From Candidatus Micrarchaeota archaeon (GTDB lineage: Archaea; Micrarchaeota; Micrarchaeia; Micrarchaeales; CABMGC01): 53,755 nt of DNA. The translations under genes and the position numbers were made by a program. Every line of letters begins with the position of its first letter. Position 1 is the first letter of the stretch. The notes beneath the pieces were generated by a model. That model ran no database searches and had not been told where the DNA came from. It saw only the letters and a program-made list of their open reading frames with translations. Below, piece by piece: positions 8,063 through 17,752 of the stretch. The stretch is taken from NCBI GenBank assembly GCA_021810375.1, contig JAJZJB010000001.1, forward strand, positions 1-53,755. Direction: 5' to 3'.

Positions 8063-8845
8063 TCAGGCAGTCTTCTTGGGCTTGAAATGCCTTGAATCAA
8101 TAAGTATCATGTGGAAGTTGCTGTCGTATCCGAGCGATGACTTGAAGATCTCGGGATCAAGCGTGATTGTGTTGTCTGAATATGGATCGTTGATGTAGAA
8201 CGCGTCCTTATCATAGCCCTTAACCACAACCCAATGCGGCGATGACTCCATGTAGGGGTTTATGGTATTTGCATCGATGAGCACTATTGGTATGTTATTG
8301 CCTGAGAGCGCCCGCTTTATGCTGTTTATTGTGACAACGCTGTGGTCCTCCTGAACATTCTGCGCCTGTGCCTTTGCCTTTATCTCATTGTATGAAGCGG
8401 TTAGGGTGTCCAGGTTTATGTTCTCGTATACTGCAAGCTTTCTGTCATAGCCCTCTTCCTTCATGTTGCTCACTATAGAGACCCCGGCTCCGCGCTTTGC
8501 GAGCGCATATGCCAAGCCATACTTGGATCCGTGCCATACGCTACCGTTGACTGCTTCCTGCCAGATGTCATACTCGTGCTCTTTCTTGAACTGGAAATTC
8601 TTGTTTATGTACTTGAGTACCATCATGGCGCATGCGGCGCTGCTAGTGAAGTCCTCAGTCTGAGGGTAATGGGGTATGTCGAACATGACCTTGTCCTTTA
8701 TCTTTGAGCCGCTTTTGGCCTTGGCGACTCTGCTTGCAGCTGTCTTCTTGACATGCTTTGCCTGCTTCCTCTGTCTCTTTGAGGAGTTTCCACTAATTCT
8801 CTTTGAGTTCTTACTTGACTTTTTTGTCGGTTTTGCCATGTTCAT
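8063..8845 (-). CDS. Peptidase C39-like (papain-fold) cysteine protease with a Lys-rich N-terminal tail
   Basis: Candidate catalytic residues are Cys in TSSAACAMMVLKY, His in SPHWVVVKGYD and Asp in YINDP. Confidence 0.55.
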   Translation of the reverse strand: MNMAKPTKKSSKNSKRISGNSSKRQRKQAKHVKKTAASRVAKAKSGSKIKDKVMFDIPHYPQTEDFTSSAACAMMVLKYINKNFQFKKEHEYDIWQEAVNGSVWHGSKYGLAYALAKRGAGVSIVSNMKEEGYDRKLAVYENINLDTLTASYNEIKAKAQAQNVQEDHSVVTINSIKRALSGNNIPIVLIDANTINPYMESSPHWVVVKGYDKDAFYINDPYSDNTITLDPEIFKSSLGYDSNFHMILIDSRHFKPKKTA

Positions 8846-8861
8846 CGCCCACTAAAAGGTG

Positions 8862-8961
8862 TGCAGGGGAGGAGATTTGTCCAGTAAACTATTGAACTCC
8901 CGCAGGCCTAAGCCAGCGGATCTTGAGTCCGCCGCGTTTGACCAGGCTCCGCCACCCCTGC
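8862..8961 (-). tRNA. tRNA-Leu (anticodon CAA), type II, with a 15-nt intron in the T-loop
   Basis: Acceptor stem GCAGGGG/CCCCTGC. D-stem GCG/CGC. Anticodon stem GCGGA/TCCGC with loop CTCAAGA. Long variable arm (GGC-TTAG-GCC). T-stem GGGAG/CTCCT. Discriminator A; no encoded CCA. The T-loop reads TTCA[ATAGTTTACTGGACA]AAT. Confidence 0.85.
8878..8892 (-). other. Non-canonical tRNA intron (15 nt, T-loop position 57/58; boundaries are ambiguous by 1 nt because of flanking A residues)
   Basis: Removing it restores a 7-nt TTCAAAT loop. The exon-intron junctions fold into a helix / 3-nt bulge / 4-bp helix / 3-nt bulge / helix motif (see finding). Confidence 0.7.
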
Positions 8962-9118
8962 AACACCTATTAATTGTAAAGCATATTATTAAAAGGTTTG
9001 AACCCATTAACAGACTAATATAATGTTGAGCTTATATTTATAGGTTCTGTTCATTTTTCTCGTCACAGAAGGCGTTGTATTATAAGTATCTTATGATGAA
9101 TATTATTGGCCTGTTACG

Positions 9119-10567
9119 TTGATGTTCATGGACATTGAGAAAACCGGAGATGTGAGGTACAGGCTCTCGAGAGAATCGCAGCAGGGCATGAACAACGACG
9201 TCTCTGTTTATGCTTCTGAGAGTCTAATGCAGAAGATAAAGAACGATCACACGCTGCAGCAGGCGATGAATACTGCTACGCTTCCCAGCATAGCAGGAGA
9301 TGTACTCGTAATGCCAGATGGTCACGAAGGATACGGATTTCCCATAGGAGGGGTGATAGGCTTTGATGCTGAGAACGGAGTGGTATCCCCGGGAATTTGC
9401 GGCTTCGATATCAATTGCGGCGTGCGACTGATAAAGACGGATCTTACGGAGAAGGAAGTTGGATCAAGGATAACGCATCTCTCTGATGCCCTATTCAAGA
9501 ACATTCCCGGAGGCGTGGGCAGTAGACTGAACATAGGACTTTCCCCGAGAGACCTTGAGAAAATAGCGAGTGAAGGTGCAGGGTATATAATAGGCAAAGG
9601 ATTCGGGCTTCCAGAGGACATAGAGCATACCGAAGAGAATGGCTGCATGTCCGGAGCCGACTTCTCCAGGGTGAGCCAGATGGCCAAATCGCGGGGGTTC
9701 AATGAGCTCGGCACTCTGGGCGCAGGAAATCACTTTCTAGAAGTGCAGAGGATAGGCAAGATATTTGATGAGGGTGTGGCTAAGGCATACGGACTTCACG
9801 AAGGCCAGATAGTGGTAATGGTGCATACGGGTTCCCGCGGTTTCGGGCACCAGATATGCAGCGACTATCTAAGGATATTCGAGGAATACAGGATAAAAAA
9901 GGGTATCTCGCTGGTTGATAAGGAGCTCTGCTACGCGCGGGTAGGAGACAAGGAAGCCGAGGATTACCTTGGCGCTATGAAGTGCGCCGTCAATTTTGCT
10001 TTCACGAACCGGCAGATAATAACCAATTCCATAAGGAAGAGCTTTGAGGAAACATTCTCAAGGAGCGCAGACTCGATGGGCATGGAAATGTTATATGACG
10101 TGGCGCACAATATAGTGAAGCTTGAGGAGCATGAGGTGGATGGAACCAGGATGCGCCTTTATGTCCACAGGAAGGGAGCTACGCGGGCTTTCCCGAAAGG
10201 GAGGGCGGAGATACCGGTAAAGTACCGCGGCGTGGGGCAGCCTGTGCTTATACCAGGGAGCATGGGCACTGCAAGCTATGTCTTGGTAGGAAAAGAAGGC
10301 TCTATGAGAGAAACGCTGGGCTCTGCCTGCCATGGAGCCGGACGCGTGATGTCGCGCCACCAGGCCCTGAGGGAGATACCTGCAGAGAAGACCTTTGATT
10401 CGCTGAAGCGCAAGCGGGTCGAGATACGCATACGCACACGCAAGCTGGTGAGCGAGGAAGCCGAATGGACTTACAAGGATATAGATGAGGTAGTCAGGGT
10501 AGTTGAAAAGGCAGGCATTGCTGCGCCGGTCTCCAGAAATATTCCAGTGGCCGTAGTCAAGGGCTAG
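9119..10567 (+). CDS. rtcB: RNA 3'-phosphate ligase RtcB (tRNA-splicing ligase)
   Basis: PDGHEGYGFPIGGV, GAGNHFLEV, HTGSRGFGHQ and ACHGAGR. There is no intein. Confidence 0.95.
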   Translation: MMFMDIEKTGDVRYRLSRESQQGMNNDVSVYASESLMQKIKNDHTLQQAMNTATLPSIAGDVLVMPDGHEGYGFPIGGVIGFDAENGVVSPGICGFDINCGVRLIKTDLTEKEVGSRITHLSDALFKNIPGGVGSRLNIGLSPRDLEKIASEGAGYIIGKGFGLPEDIEHTEENGCMSGADFSRVSQMAKSRGFNELGTLGAGNHFLEVQRIGKIFDEGVAKAYGLHEGQIVVMVHTGSRGFGHQICSDYLRIFEEYRIKKGISLVDKELCYARVGDKEAEDYLGAMKCAVNFAFTNRQIITNSIRKSFEETFSRSADSMGMEMLYDVAHNIVKLEEHEVDGTRMRLYVHRKGATRAFPKGRAEIPVKYRGVGQPVLIPGSMGTASYVLVGKEGSMRETLGSACHGAGRVMSRHQALREIPAEKTFDSLKRKRVEIRIRTRKLVSEEAEWTYKDIDEVVRVVEKAGIAAPVSRNIPVAVVKG

Positions 10568-10653
10568 TGGCAGCATAATGCAATCCCATTGCTTTCTTAT
10601 GCGCAATGGCAGAAGCATATGGCAAAACTGCGCTTATACCTTGATACCAGGAT

Positions 10654-12444
10654 CTACATGTTGTAAAGCTCTGGATTGTCATATTCCGCAAGTGCCATGA
10701 GCAACCCTGCATGCGGAAAGAGCTGCGGGAAGTTGCCCCTGGGCTCCCATGTCTTTGGCTCTAGGTGTTCACCGAAGAAAAGCAGGTCCGTTGAGCAGCT
10801 TATGAGCTTCTTTATCACCGCGTTTGCCTTCTTGGAGTCGCCCATGCGCATATAGACACGAGCAAGCCAGGTGCTTGGAAGAGTGAATGGACGCATGATA
10901 TCCTTGCCCAGGAAGTCGTGTTTGTAGCGGAGGAGCAGGCCAGGCTCTATCATAAGGTCCTTTTCTATGCGCTTCAGCGTTGCTACGAAGCGCTTGTCCT
11001 TGGCATCTATAAACCCGTAGAGCGGCAGTGTCAGCAGCGACGCGTCCACTTCGTTAGCGCCATAATATTTGACGAAGCCTCCCGACTTAGCTGAGACGCC
11101 CTTTTTGAGTATGTAATCCCTTAGCCTATTGCCGAATGTTTCCCATTCCTTGGCCTTCTCTGAGTAGCCTATCATCTGCGCGATCTTGGCTGCACGGTCT
11201 ACGGCCACCCATTCCATCACCTTTGTATGCACATAATGCCGTCGCGTCTCCCCTATAAGCTGGCCGCGTTGTCTCTCCTCCCAGATGCTTGTGCTCTCCC
11301 TGTCCCACGAATCTTTGGTCCATTGAACTATCGACTCGATTGCCCACCAGCTCTCAACGGCATATTCTGTAGACTCGGTTAGCATTAGATATGTATACAG
11401 CGCATTCATGAATGCGCCCTCCACGTCCATCTGGAGCTGCATGTATGCGGCATTGCCCACCCTGACCGGCCTGGATCCAAGATGCCCGTTGAGCCAGCCC
11501 ATCGTCTCCTCAGGCGGAGGAGGGGTTCCGTCTATGGTATATAGAGGGTGGTCGAAGCTCTTTGACGAAGGATCGATAACGGCAAGCATGAAATCAATTA
11601 TTCTCCTGGACTTTGCAAGATGGCCTATGTTAGCAAGCGCTTCGGCAGCATAGGAAGCATCCCTTATCCAGAGATACCTATAGTCCCAATTCCTGTTCAT
11701 GCCCACAATCTCCGGCAGTGATGTGGTAGGGGCAGCAACTATGGCTCCTGAAGGCTGGTACATGAGTCCAAGCACTGTTGCTATAGAGCGCTTGTACGCA
11801 TCGTTGTACATGTTGATCTCCTTGGCTAGCATTATCTGGTCGTGCCAGTAGTCTATAGCCTTATTGAGCGCGTCCCTCGGCTCCGGATATACGAAGCCTT
11901 TATTGCTGAAGATACCGTACCTGAGGTCTTTAGAGTAGACTGCAAATATGTTTCCTTTTCCGGGAAAGAACCTGATTATGCCCTCGTCAACAACAGTATG
12001 CTTGCCAGTTATACTGACCTCAAGGCCTTCCTGGGAGGATGTGTTCTTGAATATCAGCCCATTGTCTACGTAATCGATGCTTGCGTTTGTTAGCCCATAC
12101 CCAAAAAGGGGGTTTATATCAACAGTGAAAGGCACCTTGGAGTCGTATATGCGTATTATCCCTGATAGGCCTATTGGCAAGGCATCAGTAACCTCGAGCT
12201 TGCCCTTTGATGTGGTAAAGGTATTCCTGAGCACAAGGCTGTCGCCCACGTATGAAGACACAAGCTTGTAGTCCGCATCGGGCTTGACAGAAAAGTATCC
12301 TCCAGTCCTGTCGTCAAGTATCTTCGAGAATATAGAAGGCGAATCGAATTTCGGGCAGGGGAACCAGTCGATGCTTCCTTCGGACTCTATCGCCGAAGTC
12401 AGGCAGTTCGATAGGAATGCCCATTTTCTTCCCGATGTCGTCAT
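10654..12444 (-). CDS. Glycoside hydrolase family 15 (glucoamylase/trehalase-like)
   Basis: NWDYRYLWIRDASY, the (alpha/alpha)6-type C-terminal region and FPQLFPHAGL; 596 aa. Confidence 0.8.
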   Translation of the reverse strand: MTTSGRKWAFLSNCLTSAIESEGSIDWFPCPKFDSPSIFSKILDDRTGGYFSVKPDADYKLVSSYVGDSLVLRNTFTTSKGKLEVTDALPIGLSGIIRIYDSKVPFTVDINPLFGYGLTNASIDYVDNGLIFKNTSSQEGLEVSITGKHTVVDEGIIRFFPGKGNIFAVYSKDLRYGIFSNKGFVYPEPRDALNKAIDYWHDQIMLAKEINMYNDAYKRSIATVLGLMYQPSGAIVAAPTTSLPEIVGMNRNWDYRYLWIRDASYAAEALANIGHLAKSRRIIDFMLAVIDPSSKSFDHPLYTIDGTPPPPEETMGWLNGHLGSRPVRVGNAAYMQLQMDVEGAFMNALYTYLMLTESTEYAVESWWAIESIVQWTKDSWDRESTSIWEERQRGQLIGETRRHYVHTKVMEWVAVDRAAKIAQMIGYSEKAKEWETFGNRLRDYILKKGVSAKSGGFVKYYGANEVDASLLTLPLYGFIDAKDKRFVATLKRIEKDLMIEPGLLLRYKHDFLGKDIMRPFTLPSTWLARVYMRMGDSKKANAVIKKLISCSTDLLFFGEHLEPKTWEPRGNFPQLFPHAGLLMALAEYDNPELYNM

Positions 12445-12451
12445 AAAATCA

Positions 12452-13285
12452 CTATAGAGCAGTAGCTGCGCTTATTTCCTTGGCCTTAAGCATCAGGTCG
12501 TCTGCCATAGGCATGCGTGTCCTTGAACTTATTTTAATTAGGACTTTTTGCGTGCCTGAGAGGTCGTTCCTGTCTGCCAGGTATTTCGCAAGGTAGTAGT
12601 AAGCGTTGATCTCCCCGATATCGAGTAGTGGCCTGAGCAATTTCTCCGCGTTCTTCCCGCCAGCCCGTATTGTGTAGGCAAGGTTCGAGTAGGGATTTAC
12701 CGGGGTTTGCCGTTGCTTGTTCAGTTCATTGAGCAGCAGATGCACATGTGCCAGCCTCTTCAGTTTCATCTCGGATATAAACTTCGTGTATAAGTATAGC
12801 CAGTCGTCTCCTTTCGCAGCCTTGTTTATTGTGAATATGGAAGCATACATCATCTCCTTGGCTTTGGAGAGAAGGTGCATGGAATTGCTGGAATTCTTGT
12901 TGTACTCGTCGTTCCTCTTGTCGGCATTTGAGTACATGAATCCTCCCAGCGCGTAGTTAACCCCGTGGTAGGTGTAGTCTGAAAGAACCATGTAGACATT
13001 GCCAACACCGTAGAGCACTAAAGGGTCTGCAGATGCCTCTAGAGGGGCTATTGCGCCGATTGCAGAAACGAGATCGCCCTTTATAGTTGCCTCGTGTGCA
13101 GCAGTGAATGCGGTAGCTGCACTGCTGTCCATTTTATGTTCGGCGTCACTTGCTACATACATCTCGCAGAAATGGCAGAACGCACCAGCGGGATTGGCAG
13201 AAAGCACCGCAGAATTGCAGGAAGGGCATGTTTCCTCCGAGAATTTAATCTTGTCAAGCCTTTTCAGATACCCGGAAACATCCAT
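12452..13285 (-). CDS. Hypothetical protein with an N-terminal zinc ribbon (CPSC..CHFC) and a helical C-terminal region
   Basis: Clean 277-aa ORF with a TATA-like TTTATAAA about 25 nt upstream. I recognise no family. Confidence 0.4.
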   Translation of the reverse strand: MDVSGYLKRLDKIKFSEETCPSCNSAVLSANPAGAFCHFCEMYVASDAEHKMDSSAATAFTAAHEATIKGDLVSAIGAIAPLEASADPLVLYGVGNVYMVLSDYTYHGVNYALGGFMYSNADKRNDEYNKNSSNSMHLLSKAKEMMYASIFTINKAAKGDDWLYLYTKFISEMKLKRLAHVHLLLNELNKQRQTPVNPYSNLAYTIRAGGKNAEKLLRPLLDIGEINAYYYLAKYLADRNDLSGTQKVLIKISSRTRMPMADDLMLKAKEISAATAL

Positions 13286-13320
13286 GATGGGATTTATTCA
13301 ATGCAGAATTTATAAACCCG

Positions 13321-13983
13321 TCATTTCTTTTGCAGTACAAGGAAGAGATGCATCCTGTCGAATGGTTCAAGGTTTATGGACTCGAGCACCTTGAATGATG
13401 CAGACACTCTTTCTATGAACTCCTTGAATACTGCCTTTGGATCCTTGGACACATCTATGCTTTGCGACTTTACGGCAACATACGCAAGCCCTTTGCTACT
13501 TAGCAGGACTGCATTCCTTATGAGAATATCTGCCTGGTCAGGCGCAGCTATGTCCTGGTATATTACGTCGGGTTTTCCGACATCTTCGGAATAGGCTTCG
13601 ACTTTCCTTGCGTCCTGAAGGATGGGCAGTATGTTCTCCCTGGATTCGCAGAGCTCAAGCAGGTCGCGCATGCTCCTTTCTGATATCTCCACTGCAAATA
13701 TGCTTCCTTTGCTTCCGACTATGTCACTTACGTGGCTTACGGTAGTGCCTGTGGCTGCGCCCAGGTATAGCACTCTGGACCCCTCTCTGAATCCCATATG
13801 CTTCATCCCGCCGATTATAGCCGCTGCAAGCTTGCTTCTGTATGGATTCCAGGTTCTGTACTCCTTGCTGTCGTACCCTATCAAGTCCTCGTCATATACC
13901 TTCTTTCCGGGAACCATATTCAGTGTTGCGAGTTTTCCGTCAATTCTGAACACGCCGTTGAAGATCGTCTCGATTGTAACCAT
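13321..13983 (-). CDS. flpA: Fibrillarin-like rRNA/tRNA 2'-O-methyltransferase
   Basis: MVTIETIFNGVFRIDGKLATLN.., RTWNPYRSKLAAAI, VLYLGAATGTTVSHVSDIV and VIYQDIAAPDQA. The start is set at the internal ATG at 13983; the longer ORF overlaps the neighbouring gene. Confidence 0.9.
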   Translation of the reverse strand: MVTIETIFNGVFRIDGKLATLNMVPGKKVYDEDLIGYDSKEYRTWNPYRSKLAAAIIGGMKHMGFREGSRVLYLGAATGTTVSHVSDIVGSKGSIFAVEISERSMRDLLELCESRENILPILQDARKVEAYSEDVGKPDVIYQDIAAPDQADILIRNAVLLSSKGLAYVAVKSQSIDVSKDPKAVFKEFIERVSASFKVLESINLEPFDRMHLFLVLQKK

Positions 13984-14026
13984 GGTAACTAATTTATATT
14001 GAATCTTTGTATTTATAGTGGTTGCG
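13984..14026. promoter_or_regulatory. Compact divergent promoter region with two TATA-like boxes (AATTTATATT at 13991-14000, TATTTATA at 14003-14010)
   Basis: Each box lies about 24-30 nt from the start codon on the opposite side (flpA 13983, kinase 14027). This implies near-leaderless transcripts. Confidence 0.35.
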
Positions 14027-16324
14027 ATGCCCTCCCCATATCCTATCGACAGGTTGATTGGAGACATGCTAAGCGCAAGCAGGGAATCCGGCGGATTGGG
14101 GGACCTCCTTTCGAAGTCGGGCCAGAGGCTGAAGTATGCACTTAGCATTGACGACGTAATCGTGAAGGAGACACTTACAAGGAGCCCACAGATGGGCCAG
14201 GCTGATGATGTTGTGCTCAATACAGGCAAGCCTTACATAGACAACAGGCTGAGCGAATACTCCGCTTTCCCGGAGCTCATAGCGTTATACAAATCGGGTT
14301 TCAAGAGCTGCCTGATGCTCCCTATAATTGCTGACGGGAGAAGCCTTGGAATACTCACGCTGCTCTCAAAGAGCGAGGACAGGTTCGATACACAGACGCA
14401 GAATTATCTCTCGATTGTAGGGAGTGTAATAGGCACAGAAGCATACATGAAACTGGAGAAAGAGAAGAGCCTCAGCGTTGCCAGGTATTTCGATGCTGCG
14501 TTCAACAGCATACTTCCACAAGCCCTCATAGACTCTTCAGGTAGCATAGTTAAGGCTAACAAAGGCCTTATGAACCTTGTTGATACTCCGGCGAAGGACA
14601 TGCAGGGGAGGAATATGCGCGATTTCTTCGCGCTGACAGAAGGAAACCTTGCGGATCTGGCAAGGGGCAGGCCGATAGAGGTAAGAAGCACGCTCTATCC
14701 GGAAAGGGATTTCGTGATGACGTCGAGCAAGGCAAGCGAGAAGCTTATGCATGTGCTCATACAGGATGAGACGGAACAGGTGAAGTTGGAGGAGAGGGCA
14801 CGGCTCTTCGACTATGGCGAGGAAGTTTACATGCTGCTTGGAAACGACTTCAGGGTTCTCTGGACCAGCAGCAACAGCGACAAGGTCCTGCGCGTGCATC
14901 CCGATGCGCTCTCCGGAATAAGGCTTACTGACATAATAGCCAATTCCGACGGGATCGAGAATCAACTGAGCAGCATGGCCGAGTCCGGGATGAGCAAGCA
15001 GGTCCGGCTCAACCTTGGCAATGACCTCTTTGCAGAGGCAAAGATAACAATACTGAAGAACCCCACAGGATATTCGTGCATAATATCGGGGGATTATGAG
15101 AAGAAGATAGCGACGGCGAAGAGATTCGCAGAAGACTTGATACAGCTGTCGGGTGACCTTGTAATCAAGCTTGATATCATGGGGTCGGTATCTGCATTTA
15201 ATAGATCAGCAGAGAAGCTGCTTGGCTACAAAAACAGTGAAGTGGTCAGTGTTCCTGTCTCAAGCCTGTGCGCAGACTCAGAGAGCCAGTCAAGGCTCAA
15301 TGACGCCTTGCCAAGGGCCAAGAAGAATGGCATGGTAACAGGACTCTATCTAAGCATGAGGCCACGTGGCAATTCTGACAATGTGCCGATAGATGCAAGC
15401 GTGCTCAGCATGACCGACGACGCAGGGGTGCACTTCGGATACATGATAACGGGCAAGGAGCTGCTGACCAAGCTCAGGATGGAGGACCTGGAGAAAGTCG
15501 CTGATGACGCGCAGAGGAAGCTGACTAAGGAGGCGGCTGAAAGCGACCTCAAGACCCAGTTCATATACAACATATCTCATGATCTCAAGACTCCGCTCAC
15601 AAGCATACAGGGCTATTCCAAGCTCATGATACGCGGGGATTTCGGGGCTGTGACAGAAGACCAGAGAAGCGCGCTGGAAACCATATCTGCGGAAAGCGAG
15701 AGGCTCAAGCAGCTCATACTCCAGATACTTGACGTGGCAAAGCTGGAATCGAAGAAGATAAGGCTGGACATCCAGCGCGTCAACCTGAGTGAAATAGCAG
15801 GCAATCCAAGCATTAACGCACTTGCAGAGAGGGCAAAGGCGCAGGGCCTTGAGTTCTCAATAAACGTGGATTACAATGTGCCAGACGTAAATGCAGATCC
15901 AAATAGGCTGATACAGGTTTTTGTTAACCTAATAGACAATGCGCTAAAATTCACAGAGAAAGGCAGCATACGCGTCAATGTAATCAGGAAGGGGAAGAAT
16001 GTCAGGGTCGAGGTTGTGGATACTGGGCTGGGCGTAAAAGAGGAGGAGCGGGCGAAGCTGTTCAAGAAGTTCTACCAGGTCTCTAGGAAGGACCTGACTA
16101 TGCAGCCTAAAGCAGGCACTGGGCTGGGCCTCTCGATAGTTAAGGAAATAGTCAGCATGCACGGCGGCAGGGTGGGCATAAATTCCGGGGGATTGGGCAA
16201 GGGAAGCGTTTTCTGGTTCACCATACCTCTGGAGAAGAAAAAGAAGAGGGCGCAGGATGAGCAGCAGAAGCAAGGTCCGGATAGTTCCCAGCAGGATGCG
16301 CCTGCGGGAACAGAAGTGGAATAG
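14027..16324 (+). CDS. Sensor histidine kinase with GAF and multiple PAS-like domains
   Basis: H-box ISHDLKTPLTSIQGY. N-box NLIDNALKF. G-boxes DTGLGV and GTGLGLSIVKEIV. A GTG at 14018 is an alternative start. Confidence 0.9.
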   Translation: MPSPYPIDRLIGDMLSASRESGGLGDLLSKSGQRLKYALSIDDVIVKETLTRSPQMGQADDVVLNTGKPYIDNRLSEYSAFPELIALYKSGFKSCLMLPIIADGRSLGILTLLSKSEDRFDTQTQNYLSIVGSVIGTEAYMKLEKEKSLSVARYFDAAFNSILPQALIDSSGSIVKANKGLMNLVDTPAKDMQGRNMRDFFALTEGNLADLARGRPIEVRSTLYPERDFVMTSSKASEKLMHVLIQDETEQVKLEERARLFDYGEEVYMLLGNDFRVLWTSSNSDKVLRVHPDALSGIRLTDIIANSDGIENQLSSMAESGMSKQVRLNLGNDLFAEAKITILKNPTGYSCIISGDYEKKIATAKRFAEDLIQLSGDLVIKLDIMGSVSAFNRSAEKLLGYKNSEVVSVPVSSLCADSESQSRLNDALPRAKKNGMVTGLYLSMRPRGNSDNVPIDASVLSMTDDAGVHFGYMITGKELLTKLRMEDLEKVADDAQRKLTKEAAESDLKTQFIYNISHDLKTPLTSIQGYSKLMIRGDFGAVTEDQRSALETISAESERLKQLILQILDVAKLESKKIRLDIQRVNLSEIAGNPSINALAERAKAQGLEFSINVDYNVPDVNADPNRLIQVFVNLIDNALKFTEKGSIRVNVIRKGKNVRVEVVDTGLGVKEEERAKLFKKFYQVSRKDLTMQPKAGTGLGLSIVKEIVSMHGGRVGINSGGLGKGSVFWFTIPLEKKKKRAQDEQQKQGPDSSQQDAPAGTEVE

Positions 16325-16326
16325 CG

Positions 16327-17628
16327 TCACGTGTGCCTTAGCGGAAGCATGTCGCAGAACAGAACACTCGCCAGCGCGCCTGCCTGAGTTACAGAGTTTG
16401 CATCTGTCGAGGGCCCGGTCCAATCATACCCAAATGTGTAATTGCTTCTGTCATGTAGCCAGATAGAGTCAGCGTTTCTTGCAATAAATGCGCCATATGC
16501 CGCATTCTTAGTGGCATTATACAGGGCGTCGAGGTTATACATGTAAATGCTCTTGAACTGAAATGACCCAGTATTGCAATCTCCATTGATGGCGCATGAT
16601 ATCTCGTACATTATACCGTGCCTGTTTGTATCTGCGATGTCAGTTGCATTTGCTACGAGCTCAGCGAGGTACAGGTATTTAGCCTTTCCAGTAACCTTGG
16701 CGAACTTAACCAGTGCACCTATGAATTCGCCTTGATTGTATGTCCATACGCTGCCTCCGTTGTTGGTGCAGCTAGATGTCAGGCCATCATTCACAAGATA
16801 GGAATGGTTCAGCATGCCGCTGTCGATAAACCATTTGTAGTCCCTTGTGGCCCAGTTAAAGTATCCTTTGTCGTGTGGCAGGATCTCATAAAGCCCAAGC
16901 GTTATGTTCATGAATAGAAGGTTTGGTATTGCGTTGTCATACGTATGGGATTTATCCCACGGAATCCCCCCTCCGCATCCGCCTGTGCCATAACCCTCTT
17001 CCATATCGTGTGCTATATACTGCGCCATATGCAGGAACTTTGGGTTTCTGGTCATTTTATAGGCCATCAGCCAGGCATTAGCCCACCATCCTTCATCATC
17101 GTAATATTCGTCAAGGAAGTGGCCGCTCTTGTATTTATTGAATGTTGCATTCGCATACCGCAGATATGTTTTGGTATGCGTCACGGCTGAATATTCCATC
17201 ACAGTAATCAGTATGTTTGGATCCTGCCACCAGGATGCGCCATTCCATAGGTCTGTAGACCAGTTATACTCGCCCAAGAGCACTTTTAGTGCCTTCCCGG
17301 TTCCCTTGACGCCGGGTATGAAAAGCTGCTGTGGTTTTAGTATCTTCTGGAGGGTTGTTGCTGGATTGCCTTTCTCAGATATATCTGACGCTAGTCCTTG
17401 TATTTGGGACATGGTCTGCGTAGGTATTATATCACTTAGGGGTATGACAGGGTTATACTGCAGTTGCGCGGGCCTTGGGGAAACTGCGAGCACTCCGGTA
17501 ACCAGCACTGCAGCTGCGCCCCTTAATACCGACTTTAGGGCTCTTTTCCTGTATGTAGAGGCATTCTTATCGGCATTCTTGTGCTCAGCCTGTGCTCTCC
17601 GTATATTAAGTCTTGCCATCTTCAACAT
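16327..17628 (-). CDS. Membrane-anchored/secreted glycoside hydrolase, GH76-like (alpha-1,6-mannanase fold)
   Basis: N-terminal TM segment AAAVLVTGVLAV and the motif YYDDEGWWANAWLMAYKMT, typical of GH76. Confidence 0.5.
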   Translation of the reverse strand: MLKMARLNIRRAQAEHKNADKNASTYRKRALKSVLRGAAAVLVTGVLAVSPRPAQLQYNPVIPLSDIIPTQTMSQIQGLASDISEKGNPATTLQKILKPQQLFIPGVKGTGKALKVLLGEYNWSTDLWNGASWWQDPNILITVMEYSAVTHTKTYLRYANATFNKYKSGHFLDEYYDDEGWWANAWLMAYKMTRNPKFLHMAQYIAHDMEEGYGTGGCGGGIPWDKSHTYDNAIPNLLFMNITLGLYEILPHDKGYFNWATRDYKWFIDSGMLNHSYLVNDGLTSSCTNNGGSVWTYNQGEFIGALVKFAKVTGKAKYLYLAELVANATDIADTNRHGIMYEISCAINGDCNTGSFQFKSIYMYNLDALYNATKNAAYGAFIARNADSIWLHDRSNYTFGYDWTGPSTDANSVTQAGALASVLFCDMLPLRHT

Positions 17629-17752
17629 TTTGAATGGGCACTGGCCCGTTAATTAATTTTTTGTATGAAATAGCAAGTTACATATAGACTTGTGACATGG
17701 GTTATGGCAAGTTTTTTAAAGGATTGTTGCGCAGTTTATAGACGGTGATTGG

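Noticed and set aside
13984-14229. N-terminal 82-codon extension of the fibrillarin ORF (ORF track 13321..14229)
   Set aside because: The extension overlaps the histidine kinase coding region on the other strand and has no fibrillarin similarity. The conserved protein begins at the ATG at 13983. The same logic was applied to priS (19427..19672), Hel308 (32081..32200), the phosphomutase (19546..19611) and sufD (50455..50496).
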